This document shows positions 15,649 to 25,336 of a stretch of 32,000 bases of DNA, piece after piece. Under the pieces are notes generated by a model. The model was not told the DNA's origin. It saw nothing but the letters and a program-made list of their open reading frames with translations, and did not search any database. A program made the translations under genes and the position numbers. The stretch comes from Butyrivibrio fibrisolvens (GTDB lineage Bacteria > Bacillota > Clostridia > Lachnospirales > Lachnospiraceae): positions 3,757,226 to 3,789,225 of the forward strand of contig NZ_CP146963.1 in NCBI RefSeq assembly GCF_037113525.1, in the 5' to 3' direction. Position 1 is the first letter of the stretch. Every line of letters starts with the position of its first letter.

Positions 15649-17646
15649 ATGAACAAAAGACTTATGAGAGATGATAAGCCTGTCTGGCCAAAGCGCGCGG
15701 TCATAACCGGCGGTATGCCTTACGGCAACAAGACTCTTCACTTCGGTCACGTGGGCGGTATGTTTATCCACGCTGATATCTTTGCACGCTTTTTAAGAGA
15801 CAGAATCGGTGAAGAGAACGTTATCTTCGTATCAGGTACTGACTGCTACGGCTCTCCTATCATGGAAGCTTACAGAAAGTTAAAGGAAGACGGTTACGAA
15901 GGAACTATAGAAGAATACGTTAAAGGTAATCACGAGAAGCAGAAAAAGACTCTTGCTGATTATAAGATAAGCCCTAACCTTTTCGGTGCTTCTGCTCTTG
16001 GTGAAGCAGGCAAGATGCACACAAAGGTATCTGCTGAGATCTTCAACAAGCTCTACGAAAACGGATATATCGAAAAGCTCTCTACTCTTCAGTTCTATGA
16101 TGAAGAGAAGCAGGTTTTCCTTAACGGCCGTCAGGTTCTTGGTAAGTGCCCTATTCCTGGTTGCTGCTCAGACAAGGCTTATGCTGATGAGTGTTCTCTT
16201 GGTCATCAGTACATGCCATCAGAGCTTATCAATCCTGTAAGTGCACTTTCAGGTCAGAAGCCTTCACTTAAGGCAGTTACAAACTGGTACTTCTGCCTTG
16301 AAGATCTTATCGATCTTATGAAAGAGCGTAATGATGCTCTTAGAAAAGGCTCAAATACACGCCGCTACTCACTTGATACTATCGGCGAATTCCTTGGTAA
16401 GCCAAGCGTTATCATTCCTCGTAAGAACATGAAAGATCAGGCTGCACTTGAGAGTCTTTTCCCTAAGTTTGAAAAGATCGATGAGGAAAAGAAGTCCTTC
16501 GTTCAGTTTATCTTCGAAAACCTTGATGCCCGCGATGAGGCTAAAAAGATTCTTGAGGAAAAAGGTGTTCACTATACATCAGGTAAGACTCTGGTTCCAT
16601 TCAGACTTTCCGGTAATGTTGACTGGGGCGTAAAGGTTCCTGATAAGGAAGATCAGAAAGACCTTACTTTCTGGGTATGGCCTGAATCACTCTGGGCTCC
16701 TATCTCATTCACAAGAACTTATCTTGAGAGCAAGGGCCTTCCTGAAGATGAATGGAAGAAATGGTGGGATAGCGATGACGCTATGGTTTACCAGTTCATC
16801 GGCGAAGACAATATCTATTTCTATGCTATTGCAGAAATGGGTATCTTCACAGGACTTAAATACAAGAAGGAAGAGCATCCTGATATGGCTGCTATCAATC
16901 TTCCTCATATCATTCCTAACAGACACGTTCTTTTCATGGACAAGAAGGCAAGTTCAAGCTCAGATATCAAGCCTCCGATGGCTGATGAACTCCTTGCATA
17001 CTACACACCAGAGCAGCTTCGTATGCACTTCATGAGCCTTGGCCTTTCTTCCAAGAGCGTAAGCTTCAAGCCTCAGGTTTACATGCCTAAGGAAGAGCAG
17101 GAAGGTATCGATATGGTATTAAAAGAAGGAAACCTTCTTACCAACGTATTTAACAGACTTATCAGATCCTGCTTCTATGCTGTACAGAACAACTACGAAG
17201 GCAAGATCCCTTCAAACGAGATCACACCTTCTATCGTAGAGCTGTCCAAAAAGACTATTGCTGAGTACGAGCGTCATATGTACAATCATGACTTCCATCG
17301 TATCTCATATACTCTTGATGACTATATCAGAGAGATCAACAAGCACTGGGTTAACAACGTTAAGAAAGCTGATAACACTGGTGACCCTGAGCTTAGAAAA
17401 CAGATCGTAGCAGACTGCTTCTATGCATGCAAGATCATCGCTATCTTAGTTCACCCTATCGCTCCAGACGGATGCGAGATGTTTAGAGAGTACATGAACA
17501 TCGACAAGTCTCTTTGGAACTGGGATAAGATTCTTGATCCTATCTCATCTTATGTTGGTGATCTTGATAATCACGAGCTCAAAGAGCTTCTTCCAAGAGT
17601 TGACTTCTTCAAGAAGCATGAGTCTCAGTTCGCAGATGCTGAATAA
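15649..17646 (+). CDS. metG: Methionine--tRNA ligase
   Basis: The HIGH-type motif is HFGHVGG, with a zinc-knuckle-like CPIPGCCSDKAYADEC. Overall length and order fit class I MetRS. It is preceded by a T-box with an AUG candidate specifier. The SD GGAGGAA is 8 nt upstream. Confidence 0.93.
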   Translation: MNKRLMRDDKPVWPKRAVITGGMPYGNKTLHFGHVGGMFIHADIFARFLRDRIGEENVIFVSGTDCYGSPIMEAYRKLKEDGYEGTIEEYVKGNHEKQKKTLADYKISPNLFGASALGEAGKMHTKVSAEIFNKLYENGYIEKLSTLQFYDEEKQVFLNGRQVLGKCPIPGCCSDKAYADECSLGHQYMPSELINPVSALSGQKPSLKAVTNWYFCLEDLIDLMKERNDALRKGSNTRRYSLDTIGEFLGKPSVIIPRKNMKDQAALESLFPKFEKIDEEKKSFVQFIFENLDARDEAKKILEEKGVHYTSGKTLVPFRLSGNVDWGVKVPDKEDQKDLTFWVWPESLWAPISFTRTYLESKGLPEDEWKKWWDSDDAMVYQFIGEDNIYFYAIAEMGIFTGLKYKKEEHPDMAAINLPHIIPNRHVLFMDKKASSSSDIKPPMADELLAYYTPEQLRMHFMSLGLSSKSVSFKPQVYMPKEEQEGIDMVLKEGNLLTNVFNRLIRSCFYAVQNNYEGKIPSNEITPSIVELSKKTIAEYERHMYNHDFHRISYTLDDYIREINKHWVNNVKKADNTGDPELRKQIVADCFYACKIIAILVHPIAPDGCEMFREYMNIDKSLWNWDKILDPISSYVGDLDNHELKELLPRVDFFKKHESQFADAE

Positions 17647-17689
17647 GCTGGCAGATCAGCACATTATAAATGTTTAATTATGGCAAAAG

Positions 17690-17726
17690 AATCTCACATC
17701 ACTTTCATGTGGTGTGGGATTTTTTA
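17690..17726 (+). terminator. Rho-independent terminator after metG
   Basis: A 13-bp stem pairs AATCTCACATCAC with GTGGTGTGGGATT. It has two U.G wobbles that are valid only on the + strand, a 6-nt loop and a TTTTT run. Confidence 0.8.
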
Positions 17727-17864
17727 TATCACAGCATTTCTTTTTGAATTTTAATCCGTAATAAAATTATCAATAAGGCACTTTAACAGGCTATTTTATA
17801 ATGTTTACAACCTAAGTCCTCTAATGATAAAATCTTGTCTAATGAAAAAAGGGGGAATTTTCAT

Positions 17865-18572
17865 ATGAATAAACTAATTCAGCTTAATGGATTATCTAAA
17901 TCCTATGGCAGTGTTACCGCTTTGGATAACGTCAATCTCGAAGTTGAGAGCGGGCACATCGTTGGACTTCTTGGTCCAAATGGTAGCGGCAAGACCACTA
18001 TGATCAAAATTCTTTGCGGACTGCTTAGACCTTCAAGCGGTACGGTTCTCGTGGATGGAAACAAAATAGGCGTAGAAACCAAAAGTGTTATATCCTATCT
18101 GCCTGACAAGACTTATCTTGATGAAAGCAGAACTATCAAACAGAACATCGAACTTTTCATGGATTTCTATCAGGACTTTGATCCGGCACGTGCCTACGAT
18201 ATGCTTGCAAGACTTAATTTAAATCCGGATGTCAAGATCAAGACCTTGTCCAAGGGTAATAAGGAAAAGGTTCAGCTGATCCTTGTAATGAGCAGACATG
18301 CCAAGTTGTATATTCTGGATGAGCCGATCGCAGGTGTTGATCCTGCAGCAAGAGATTATATCCTGCATACCATTATCTCAAACTATGATCATCAGGCTAC
18401 TATCCTGATCTCGACACATCTTATCTCTGATGTAGAAAATGTACTTGATGAAGCCATCTTCTTGCAGAATGGACATATCGTACTCCATTCTTCAGTAAAT
18501 GCGCTCAGACAACAGCATGGTAAGACTATTGATGAACTGTTCAGGGAGGTATTCAGATGTTGGGGAAATTAA
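17865..18572 (+). CDS. ABC transporter ATP-binding protein
   Basis: Walker A GPNGSGKTT, signature LSKGNKEKV, Walker B LYILDEP. The ATG at 17865 with the SD GGGGGAA 9 nt upstream is preferred over the track TTG at 17835. Confidence 0.9.
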   Translation: MNKLIQLNGLSKSYGSVTALDNVNLEVESGHIVGLLGPNGSGKTTMIKILCGLLRPSSGTVLVDGNKIGVETKSVISYLPDKTYLDESRTIKQNIELFMDFYQDFDPARAYDMLARLNLNPDVKIKTLSKGNKEKVQLILVMSRHAKLYILDEPIAGVDPAARDYILHTIISNYDHQATILISTHLISDVENVLDEAIFLQNGHIVLHSSVNALRQQHGKTIDELFREVFRCWGN

Positions 18573-19375
18573 TTAAACATGAATTTATAGATACTTGGAA
18601 ACTATTTTTATTACTTGATGTAGCAATACTGATTATCGGAGCTTTTATTGGACTTTCCGTAAGCACCTCAGCGTTCAGTAGTTCAGATGCTTCAGGTTTT
18701 TTTACAACTATGGGGCTCGGCTTATATACACTGATACTTCCATGCCTTGGAACAATATGCCTTGTTTTTATTGTGGTTCATTATTATCGCAGCCTTTACA
18801 GTTCGCAGGGGTATCTGACATTTACACTTCCTGCTACTACCAGTGAAATTCTTTTTTCAAGAATGTTGGTTGCTTATATTTTTGAAATTATCAATATATT
18901 ATGTATCATTCTTAGTATTGTTTTTGTAGTAATGGGATTTTATTCCATAGGCGAATCTGCTTCGGGTAATCTTTTTACGCATATGGTAGATAATATGATT
19001 GAAGGTCTCTATGAGACGCCAATTGAAGTTATTGTAACCAATGTACTCTGGGGAATATCTCGTATTATTTATTTTCTTACGACAGTATTTTTTGCTATAA
19101 GTCTTGGTCAGTTGTGGCAGAAGCATAGAATTATCGGCGCTATTGTAAGCTATTTTGGAATCAAGATCATATCAGCTATAATATCAACAATTTTTAAGGT
19201 TGTTAATAGTAATGATCTGCAAGATACCATTGAAATGTACCATTTAGATGAATATAATACAGATTCTGCATTGGTCATGGCTGCAGTCATAGGAACTGTT
19301 ACATGCCTGCTGATCTCAGCTGCCATGTACTTTGCAAGCGTTTTGATCACCAAACATAAGCTTAATCTGGAATAA
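18557..19375 (+). CDS. ABC-2-type membrane permease-like protein (about 6 TM)
   Basis: It overlaps the ATPase gene by 16 nt. The SD GGGAGG is 8 nt upstream. The protein is hydrophobic throughout. Confidence 0.75.
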   Translation: MLGKLIKHEFIDTWKLFLLLDVAILIIGAFIGLSVSTSAFSSSDASGFFTTMGLGLYTLILPCLGTICLVFIVVHYYRSLYSSQGYLTFTLPATTSEILFSRMLVAYIFEIINILCIILSIVFVVMGFYSIGESASGNLFTHMVDNMIEGLYETPIEVIVTNVLWGISRIIYFLTTVFFAISLGQLWQKHRIIGAIVSYFGIKIISAIISTIFKVVNSNDLQDTIEMYHLDEYNTDSALVMAAVIGTVTCLLISAAMYFASVLITKHKLNLE

Positions 19376-19401
19376 AAATGTGCCGCCAGACGCACCACTA
19401 T

Positions 19402-19440
19402 AAAAAGCCAATCGACAATTTTTCGTCGATTGGCTTTTTT
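19402..19440. terminator. Bidirectional rho-independent terminator
   Basis: AAAAAGCCAATCGAC-(8-nt loop)-GTCGATTGGCTTTTT is a 15-bp perfect stem with an A-run and a T-run. It lies between convergent genes. Confidence 0.85.
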
Positions 19441-19453
19441 AACTTATAAGTGG

Positions 19454-19507
19454 CTAGTGTACTGACTCGTTCATATTTAATCAAATATGAATGAGCCAGC
19501 ACACTAG
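19454..19507. repeat. 54-nt imperfect inverted repeat between the FIST-GGDEF stop and the bidirectional terminator
   Basis: 19454-19478 pairs with 19483-19507 over 25 positions with a 4-nt loop. On the + strand there are two A.C mismatches and one G.U. On the minus strand there are two U.G wobbles and one C.A. Confidence 0.6.
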
Positions 19508-19570
19508 TTTATTATCTCTGATTCTATCTCATTATCTTTTTTCAACTTTATTGTCTTTTATCCTGCCTTA

Positions 19571-21349
19571 TCACCTTACAACTACTTTATTTCTTCCGGT
19601 TTCTTTTGCTTCATAAAGTGCTTCATCAATTCTCTTAAAGACGCTATCTACACTGTCTTTATCTTTGACCATGGTAAGGCCTATGCTAATTGTAATATGC
19701 CCAACTTCTCCGAATTCCATCTGTGCCACACCCTCACGCATCGCTTCACAGAATTCTTTGGCTTCTTCAAATGACAAATTTGGTTTTATTCCTACAAATT
19801 CTTCGCCACCCCATCTTCCGATAACATCTGCCTGATTGAAGAGATACTTAACCTGTCCTACACCATCTCTTAAGACCATATCTCCTGCATCATGACCATA
19901 GGTATCATTTACCCGCTTAAAATGGTCAACATCAACCATCATAACAGCAATATTCTGGTATCTGCTTCTGTTTTCCAGGAACTTGTTCATAAAGTAATTA
20001 AGTGCTCTTCTGTTATAGATCTGTGTAAGCTCATCAAGACTGGCCACCTTAAATAGCTGTTCATTAGCTTCTCTTAAATCTAAAGTCGTAGATTCAAGGA
20101 AATTTACAAGACGGGTCGATAGTGGCAGGAATCCATCTTCTGAATTCTTCACATCGCTGCACATATATTTACTGTCAAAATGATATACAGGACGATCTTT
20201 TTCTTCAGGGACAGGTCCTTCTCTCATTCCAACAACTACGCAGGATGCGTTTAAAAATCCTCTCATACCATCCGCATGAAGTATTTCTCCATAGCCACTT
20301 GCCCATGTAGATGATGAAAGAACGTGCTCATAAAAATCAAACTCAAGATCTGCCATGGCATCGCCCATAAGCATTCTTCTGCTCATGCAGGCATAGACAA
20401 GAATAGCCTGTGGGTAAAATTCTGAAAGCTTTACAGCATTTTGTCCCGACTCAGAAAGAAGCATATCTGTAGTTGAATAACTCAAACTTACAGAACTTCC
20501 CTGCGGAATCTGAGTTGCAAAGCACAAAGCTCCATCATCACGGTATTCAAGAGCTACTCTTGCAAGAGGTATTCCATTGTCTTTTAGGAAGAAAGGAAAA
20601 GAACTGGTATTTTCAAAAAAGTACTCGTTCATGCCAATTCCAAGATGTTCCTGATATACAGAAAACGCAGGTTTATTGTTTATCTCATAAACAATGCCTT
20701 TATCATCTGACTTTGTCACAACAAGTTCTTTACCAAGAGATTTGAATCCAAGATTATAATAATAGTCCAGGTTCAGGTCCTCGCCGCAAAAAGCTACAGC
20801 CAGGATTCCCCTGTTATATATCTTTTGCCCGACATATATCTTAGACCTGTCATCGCCCATTTTGTGGGTTCCTGCGAGGGCTCCAAACATGACTATATCT
20901 TTGTCATAACCTGCAACCCTGTCAATAAATGTTTCAGGGCACAGATCAAAAGCAGAAGACATCATCAGGATGCCTTTAAGATCTTTTTTGTCTTTAAGAA
21001 GCTTAACGTACTTTTCGCCTGCATCATACGTAGATAGTCCTGCAGAACAGTCGAATACATCAATACTAAAATATGCTTTGTCAAAAAATATAACGCAGCA
21101 TACAACAACTTCAACAGAATGATTTTCACGGCTCAGAGCTCCATGATTGGTCATTCCAAACACTGACAGGCCGGGAAGATTTTCGCATAGCGTATCAAGG
21201 TCTTTTTGGATCAAATCTGAGTCATTACTAGGCTCAATAAGCTGCAAAAGACCTTTTTTACCATTAACATATTCCGGAGAATTTTTGATCTTATCTATCA
21301 TCTCCGACATGCTAAGTCTGTCATCAAGAACGTAACGATGCTGGATCAT
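19571..21349 (-). CDS. FIST-domain sensor fused to a GGDEF diguanylate cyclase
   Basis: The C-terminus carries an intact GGDEF domain (NRRALN, VDVDHFKRVNDTYGHDAGD, RWGGEEF). The roughly 400-aa N-terminal region has the layout I associate with FIST_N/FIST_C; that part of the call is from recollection. The SD AAGAGGTAAG lies upstream. Confidence 0.85.
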   Translation of the reverse strand: MIQHRYVLDDRLSMSEMIDKIKNSPEYVNGKKGLLQLIEPSNDSDLIQKDLDTLCENLPGLSVFGMTNHGALSRENHSVEVVVCCVIFFDKAYFSIDVFDCSAGLSTYDAGEKYVKLLKDKKDLKGILMMSSAFDLCPETFIDRVAGYDKDIVMFGALAGTHKMGDDRSKIYVGQKIYNRGILAVAFCGEDLNLDYYYNLGFKSLGKELVVTKSDDKGIVYEINNKPAFSVYQEHLGIGMNEYFFENTSSFPFFLKDNGIPLARVALEYRDDGALCFATQIPQGSSVSLSYSTTDMLLSESGQNAVKLSEFYPQAILVYACMSRRMLMGDAMADLEFDFYEHVLSSSTWASGYGEILHADGMRGFLNASCVVVGMREGPVPEEKDRPVYHFDSKYMCSDVKNSEDGFLPLSTRLVNFLESTTLDLREANEQLFKVASLDELTQIYNRRALNYFMNKFLENRSRYQNIAVMMVDVDHFKRVNDTYGHDAGDMVLRDGVGQVKYLFNQADVIGRWGGEEFVGIKPNLSFEEAKEFCEAMREGVAQMEFGEVGHITISIGLTMVKDKDSVDSVFKRIDEALYEAKETGRNKVVVR

Positions 21350-21459
21350 AGGCTTACCTCTTATAGCAAACTCTGATAGAGATATCCGGTGACATAATTA
21401 CGTCTATTATTTCGGCATTTTTACACTATTCTCAACCCTTATATATTCGAGGTCTGTAA

Positions 21460-22548
21460 TTATTTTAAAGTTACTGTAAGAAGAACAGGATTATGGTCTG
21501 AATTTACAAATCCAAGGTCCTGAGTTTCGCAGGAATCGATCACAATATTAGAAGATACTATAAATCCATCAATAACATAGTACTGGAAAGTATCCTTGTC
21601 TGCTCCATTGTAGATCTTATCAAGTGAACGGCATGTTGGAACGCTGCTATCTGTAATAAAAGTAACTCCATCACCAAATTCAGCTACATCTATACTTCCA
21701 GGCTGCCATGCACCTTCATATGTAGGATAAGCGCTTGCATCAGTATTGGAGAATACCTGATTGAAGTCTCCGCCTGCTATTACGTAGTTACCTGCATCAA
21801 GCTCAGCCTGAAGCACTTCGCGAAGCATGTTGGTCTGTGCAATCTTGCCTTCTCCGCTATCATAAGCTTCAAGATGGAGATTGATAAGAACAAGTTCCTT
21901 GTCAGATCCCTGCACAGGAACTCTGGACACATTAAGACACTTCTTGAAATTACATGTGCTTACCGGCCATTTAAATGGTACAGGAAGTGAAAGTCTTGTA
22001 GCTGATGCTATCTCAAATGATGACAGAGTCTGAATTCCAACTTTGGTCCTTCCGATTGGAGGAATTGGATATGGAATGAAGATTGCATCCATATTAAGGG
22101 CATAAGAGCTTATTTTGCCCTGATTTCTTTCTGAAAAAAATGAAACTTCATTTATTTTATAGGATCTGTCTGCAACTGTATCGACTTCCTGTAAGAATAC
22201 GATATCAGGGTTTACAGTCTCAATTTCAGAATCAATAGCTTCAAGGTTTTCTTTAACTCTTTTTTCATCAGCAGTATAAACCATAGAACCGCCGTCCATG
22301 AAGAAATCTGCGTTATCTCCCAAAGCTCCGTATCCTGTATTCCAGGTAAGTACTGTAAAAGTATCTCCTGTGGAAAGGTTCTTGGAAGATTCTCCTGTAA
22401 GCTCGATACTTTCTGTATCATCCGGTCTATATTCAAAAATAGTCAGAATACCAAATCCAACTACTACGATCAGTGCAAGAACTGCAATAATACAAATGAT
22501 AACTTTTATAACCTTGCTGATTATTCCCATTTTATTTTTTCCAGCCAT
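21460..22548 (-). CDS. Membrane-anchored endonuclease/exonuclease/phosphatase (EEP) family protein
   Basis: N-terminal TM VIKVIICIIAVLALIVVVGFGILTI, then EEP motifs LTWNTGYG, VFLQEVD, GGDFNQ and SDHNPV. The ATG at 22548 (MAGKNK...) with the SD GAAGGGA is preferred over the track start at 22581. Confidence 0.85.
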   Translation of the reverse strand: MAGKNKMGIISKVIKVIICIIAVLALIVVVGFGILTIFEYRPDDTESIELTGESSKNLSTGDTFTVLTWNTGYGALGDNADFFMDGGSMVYTADEKRVKENLEAIDSEIETVNPDIVFLQEVDTVADRSYKINEVSFFSERNQGKISSYALNMDAIFIPYPIPPIGRTKVGIQTLSSFEIASATRLSLPVPFKWPVSTCNFKKCLNVSRVPVQGSDKELVLINLHLEAYDSGEGKIAQTNMLREVLQAELDAGNYVIAGGDFNQVFSNTDASAYPTYEGAWQPGSIDVAEFGDGVTFITDSSVPTCRSLDKIYNGADKDTFQYYVIDGFIVSSNIVIDSCETQDLGFVNSDHNPVLLTVTLK

Positions 22549-22777
22549 TAAATCTGATCCCTTCAAAAAATGTCTATACAAATCTGGACAAAGGAGAATT
22601 TTTCTTCCCCCACATCTTCATTATATTCAAAATTAAAACTTGGCACAAAAACGCGTTACATTTTATCACCTTTTTCATTTATGAGCAAGACATTTTGAAA
22701 GGGTCAGGTTTTATCAAGCTTAGGCCCATATAATAATCAAAATTAGTATTCCGCGCCGTTTAGAAGATAATAACTGA

Positions 22778-23557
22778 TTACTCAGATAGCTCATCGTCGC
22801 TATAATTCTTAGAACTGATCACAGTACATTTATCAGGAAAAATTTCCTTGCAGATTTTAAGTTCCAGCTCTTGTCTATGAATAAAGTGCCCTATCAGAGC
22901 ATCTTCACCTTTGAGCCCTTTTTCTTTTGCATAAGGGGAATTATCAAAATAATCGATCATTAAAGGAAACCATATCTCGTTCCCCTTATCATCAGACCGT
23001 TCTTTACGGATCACATTTAGATTACCTACAATATCATCAGCTTTCAGGTAGAAAACATGATAATCCTTATCTGAAAGAGTTTCTCTTATAGACTTGTAAA
23101 AATCTATGATCTCATCATCTGATGCGCATCTATATAGGATCATATCTTCAACAATGTTTTGAAAAAGTGAACATTCATAGATCATGTTGTCCTGGTTCCA
23201 TGCCTTAAGCCTTGTAAAAACAATCTGTTTAAAGTCTTCATAAGAAACTCTTCCATTGTATATCTCATACTGCTCTAAATCTTTGTAAAAATCTCTATTA
23301 TCAGTTCTTATCTTGGTATAGCAGACGATTCTTTTATCATTCTCTTTATAGGTATTAGCTTCTATTATGTCCTTCATATCAGGATAGGTATTAAGTTTAT
23401 CCTGATATGTCTGCTCATCCATATATGCGCACCATGCAAGCTCTATTTGGGAGTAGTCTCCCTCTTTGACGGTACAACAATCTGTTTTAAGTTTTGATAA
23501 TTTATCAACAAGGGTGCTCTTTCCGCTTCCCTGTAACCCTTCAACAAAATAATTCAT
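22778..23557 (-). CDS. P-loop protein with a thymidylate-kinase/deoxynucleoside-kinase-like N-terminus, function unknown
   Basis: FVEGLQGSGKSTL resembles the Tmk/dNK P-loop context (xEGxxGxGKxT). A possible LID-like IRKERSDD is present. I recognise no other family signature. The SD AAGGAGAGGAG lies upstream. Confidence 0.65.
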   Translation of the reverse strand: MNYFVEGLQGSGKSTLVDKLSKLKTDCCTVKEGDYSQIELAWCAYMDEQTYQDKLNTYPDMKDIIEANTYKENDKRIVCYTKIRTDNRDFYKDLEQYEIYNGRVSYEDFKQIVFTRLKAWNQDNMIYECSLFQNIVEDMILYRCASDDEIIDFYKSIRETLSDKDYHVFYLKADDIVGNLNVIRKERSDDKGNEIWFPLMIDYFDNSPYAKEKGLKGEDALIGHFIHRQELELKICKEIFPDKCTVISSKNYSDDELSE

Positions 23558-23667
23558 ACAAAATCTCCTCTCCTTGTTGTCTATGAATATGCTTCAATAG
23601 GTACTCACAATTTTCTAAGGAACTAATTTGCATATACTTTCTTAATTTCTTTTTAAATCACTCAAAA

Positions 23668-25200
23668 TTATTCAAGACCTTCTTTGGTTAATGTATAAGT
23701 CTTTGTACATACTTCTTCTATATATTTTCTATCATGAGATATACTTATAACTGCTCCTGGAAAAGATGCTATCATCTTCCTGATAACAGGTCCTGAAAGC
23801 GGTGAAAAGTTACGCGTAGGTTCATCTAGTATAAGAACATTCGCATCTGATAAACTCATCTTAAGAAGTAAAACCTTAGCCTTCTGTCCGCCGGATAATT
23901 CTCTGATCGGATGATCCATCTCATCAGCTGTGTATTTCAATGACCCCAGATAAGTCCTAATACGAGTACGTATAGCTTTATCACCAGTATCATCCAAAAA
24001 CTCAACCGGAGTTGCATCAAGGTCAAGTAGTTCTTCGTAGTTCTGTGGCATGTATTGGGCCTTTATATCACTTCTTCCAAGAAGTTCATCCGCCATTTTC
24101 TTTAAAAGAGTCGTCTTTCCTACTCCGTTAGTTCCGACAATGCAGATCTTTTCAGGTCCTCTTACTCTTAAGAAAATATCCTTTGCTAGTACTTTGTTTC
24201 CATCAGGAGTTTTCAGTTCATCAAGTTCATACTCGATAACAGTTTTACCTGCCGGCATTTTGGCGCTTTCATTTCCCAGTTTAAAAAAGATCGCTTCTTC
24301 CTGTTCAGGCATCTTGGTCATGTTCTCATCTTCTTTTTCAAAGCGCTTACCCATAGCTTTTACAGTATGCATCTTATCCTTAAGGTTCTTACCAACGCCG
24401 GGAGCCTGCCTTGATACATTGGAAAGAGCATGCTCTACGCTGTTATAAACCCTGGCATATTTTTCATCGCGGCGCTTTTTCTCATTTCTGTCGTTGATTG
24501 CCTGCTGCTCCTGCCTTTCAAAACTTTCTGCTCTTCTTTTGATATAGTTTTTGTAATTATCTTTCACGATAGTATATCTGCTCTTAGTCTTCCTCATGAT
24601 CTGCTCGATATGGATGATCATGTTGGCAGTATTCTCAATGAGAGTCTCATCGTGAGAGATATAGAGAACTATGTGCTTCCAGTTATTTATAAGCTTTTCT
24701 AGAAGTTCCAAAGTGCTGATATCAATATCATTTGAAGGCTCATCAAGTAGTAGCACTGTAGGGTTATCCATAAGAAGCCTCATAAGCTGCGCCTTAACTT
24801 TCTCGCCGCCCGACAGGCTTTCCATTATCTGGTCACTGTAAAAAAAGTCGCCCGGAATCTGAAATTCACTTGCCATAGCCGCAAGTTCTTTTGGTGTCTT
24901 GTCAAAGAAAAGCTTTGCAGCTGAAAAGTATTCATACAAAGTTTTAGTCTTATCTTCTTTAGGTAGTTCCTGTGGAAGGTATCCTAACATTTCTGCCCCA
25001 AGAACTCTTTCGCCCTGACATTCTGCATACTCTTCCGCCATATCAGGATCATAGATCCATTTCATAAGGGTAGATTTGCCATTACCTTCTTCGCCTATGA
25101 TCACGGCTTTATCGCCATCATTTAATACCATATTGAAATCTTCTAATATTATTCGCAGGTCTTTTTTGTGTGTAATAGTGAGATTCTTTATCTGTAACAT
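23668..25200 (-). CDS. ABC-F family ATPase (two ABC domains, no TM domain), possibly an antibiotic-resistance (ARE) type ribosome-protection factor
   Basis: NBD1 has GEEGNGKST, LSGGEKVKAQL and LLLDEPSNDID. A charged linker of about 90 aa follows (RRAESFERQEQQAINDRNEKKRRDEKY...). NBD2 has GTNGVGKTT, LSGGQKAKVLL and LILDEPT. The 510-aa size is similar to Vga/Lsa/Msr-type proteins. The SD GGAGGT is 7 nt upstream. Confidence 0.88.
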   Translation of the reverse strand: MLQIKNLTITHKKDLRIILEDFNMVLNDGDKAVIIGEEGNGKSTLMKWIYDPDMAEEYAECQGERVLGAEMLGYLPQELPKEDKTKTLYEYFSAAKLFFDKTPKELAAMASEFQIPGDFFYSDQIMESLSGGEKVKAQLMRLLMDNPTVLLLDEPSNDIDISTLELLEKLINNWKHIVLYISHDETLIENTANMIIHIEQIMRKTKSRYTIVKDNYKNYIKRRAESFERQEQQAINDRNEKKRRDEKYARVYNSVEHALSNVSRQAPGVGKNLKDKMHTVKAMGKRFEKEDENMTKMPEQEEAIFFKLGNESAKMPAGKTVIEYELDELKTPDGNKVLAKDIFLRVRGPEKICIVGTNGVGKTTLLKKMADELLGRSDIKAQYMPQNYEELLDLDATPVEFLDDTGDKAIRTRIRTYLGSLKYTADEMDHPIRELSGGQKAKVLLLKMSLSDANVLILDEPTRNFSPLSGPVIRKMIASFPGAVISISHDRKYIEEVCTKTYTLTKEGLE

Positions 25201-25298
25201 TTACTTACCTCCGGTCAAAGAAATGATCTCTTACGCTTTGGCATCAACCGCCCAAATACGAGTTTTTATTGTAAGCAATAATAATATTTGCCTCATCA

Positions 25299-25336
25299 CA
25301 AAAAATGAGTCTATTTTGCATACACAAAATAGACTC
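25299..25336 (-). terminator. Intrinsic terminator inside the 5' leader of the ABC-F gene (candidate attenuator)
   Basis: On the minus strand, GAGTCTATTTTG-tgtatg-CAAAATAGACTC is a perfect 12-bp stem. It is followed by ATTTTTTG. It lies about 100 nt upstream of the ABC-F ATG. Confidence 0.65.
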
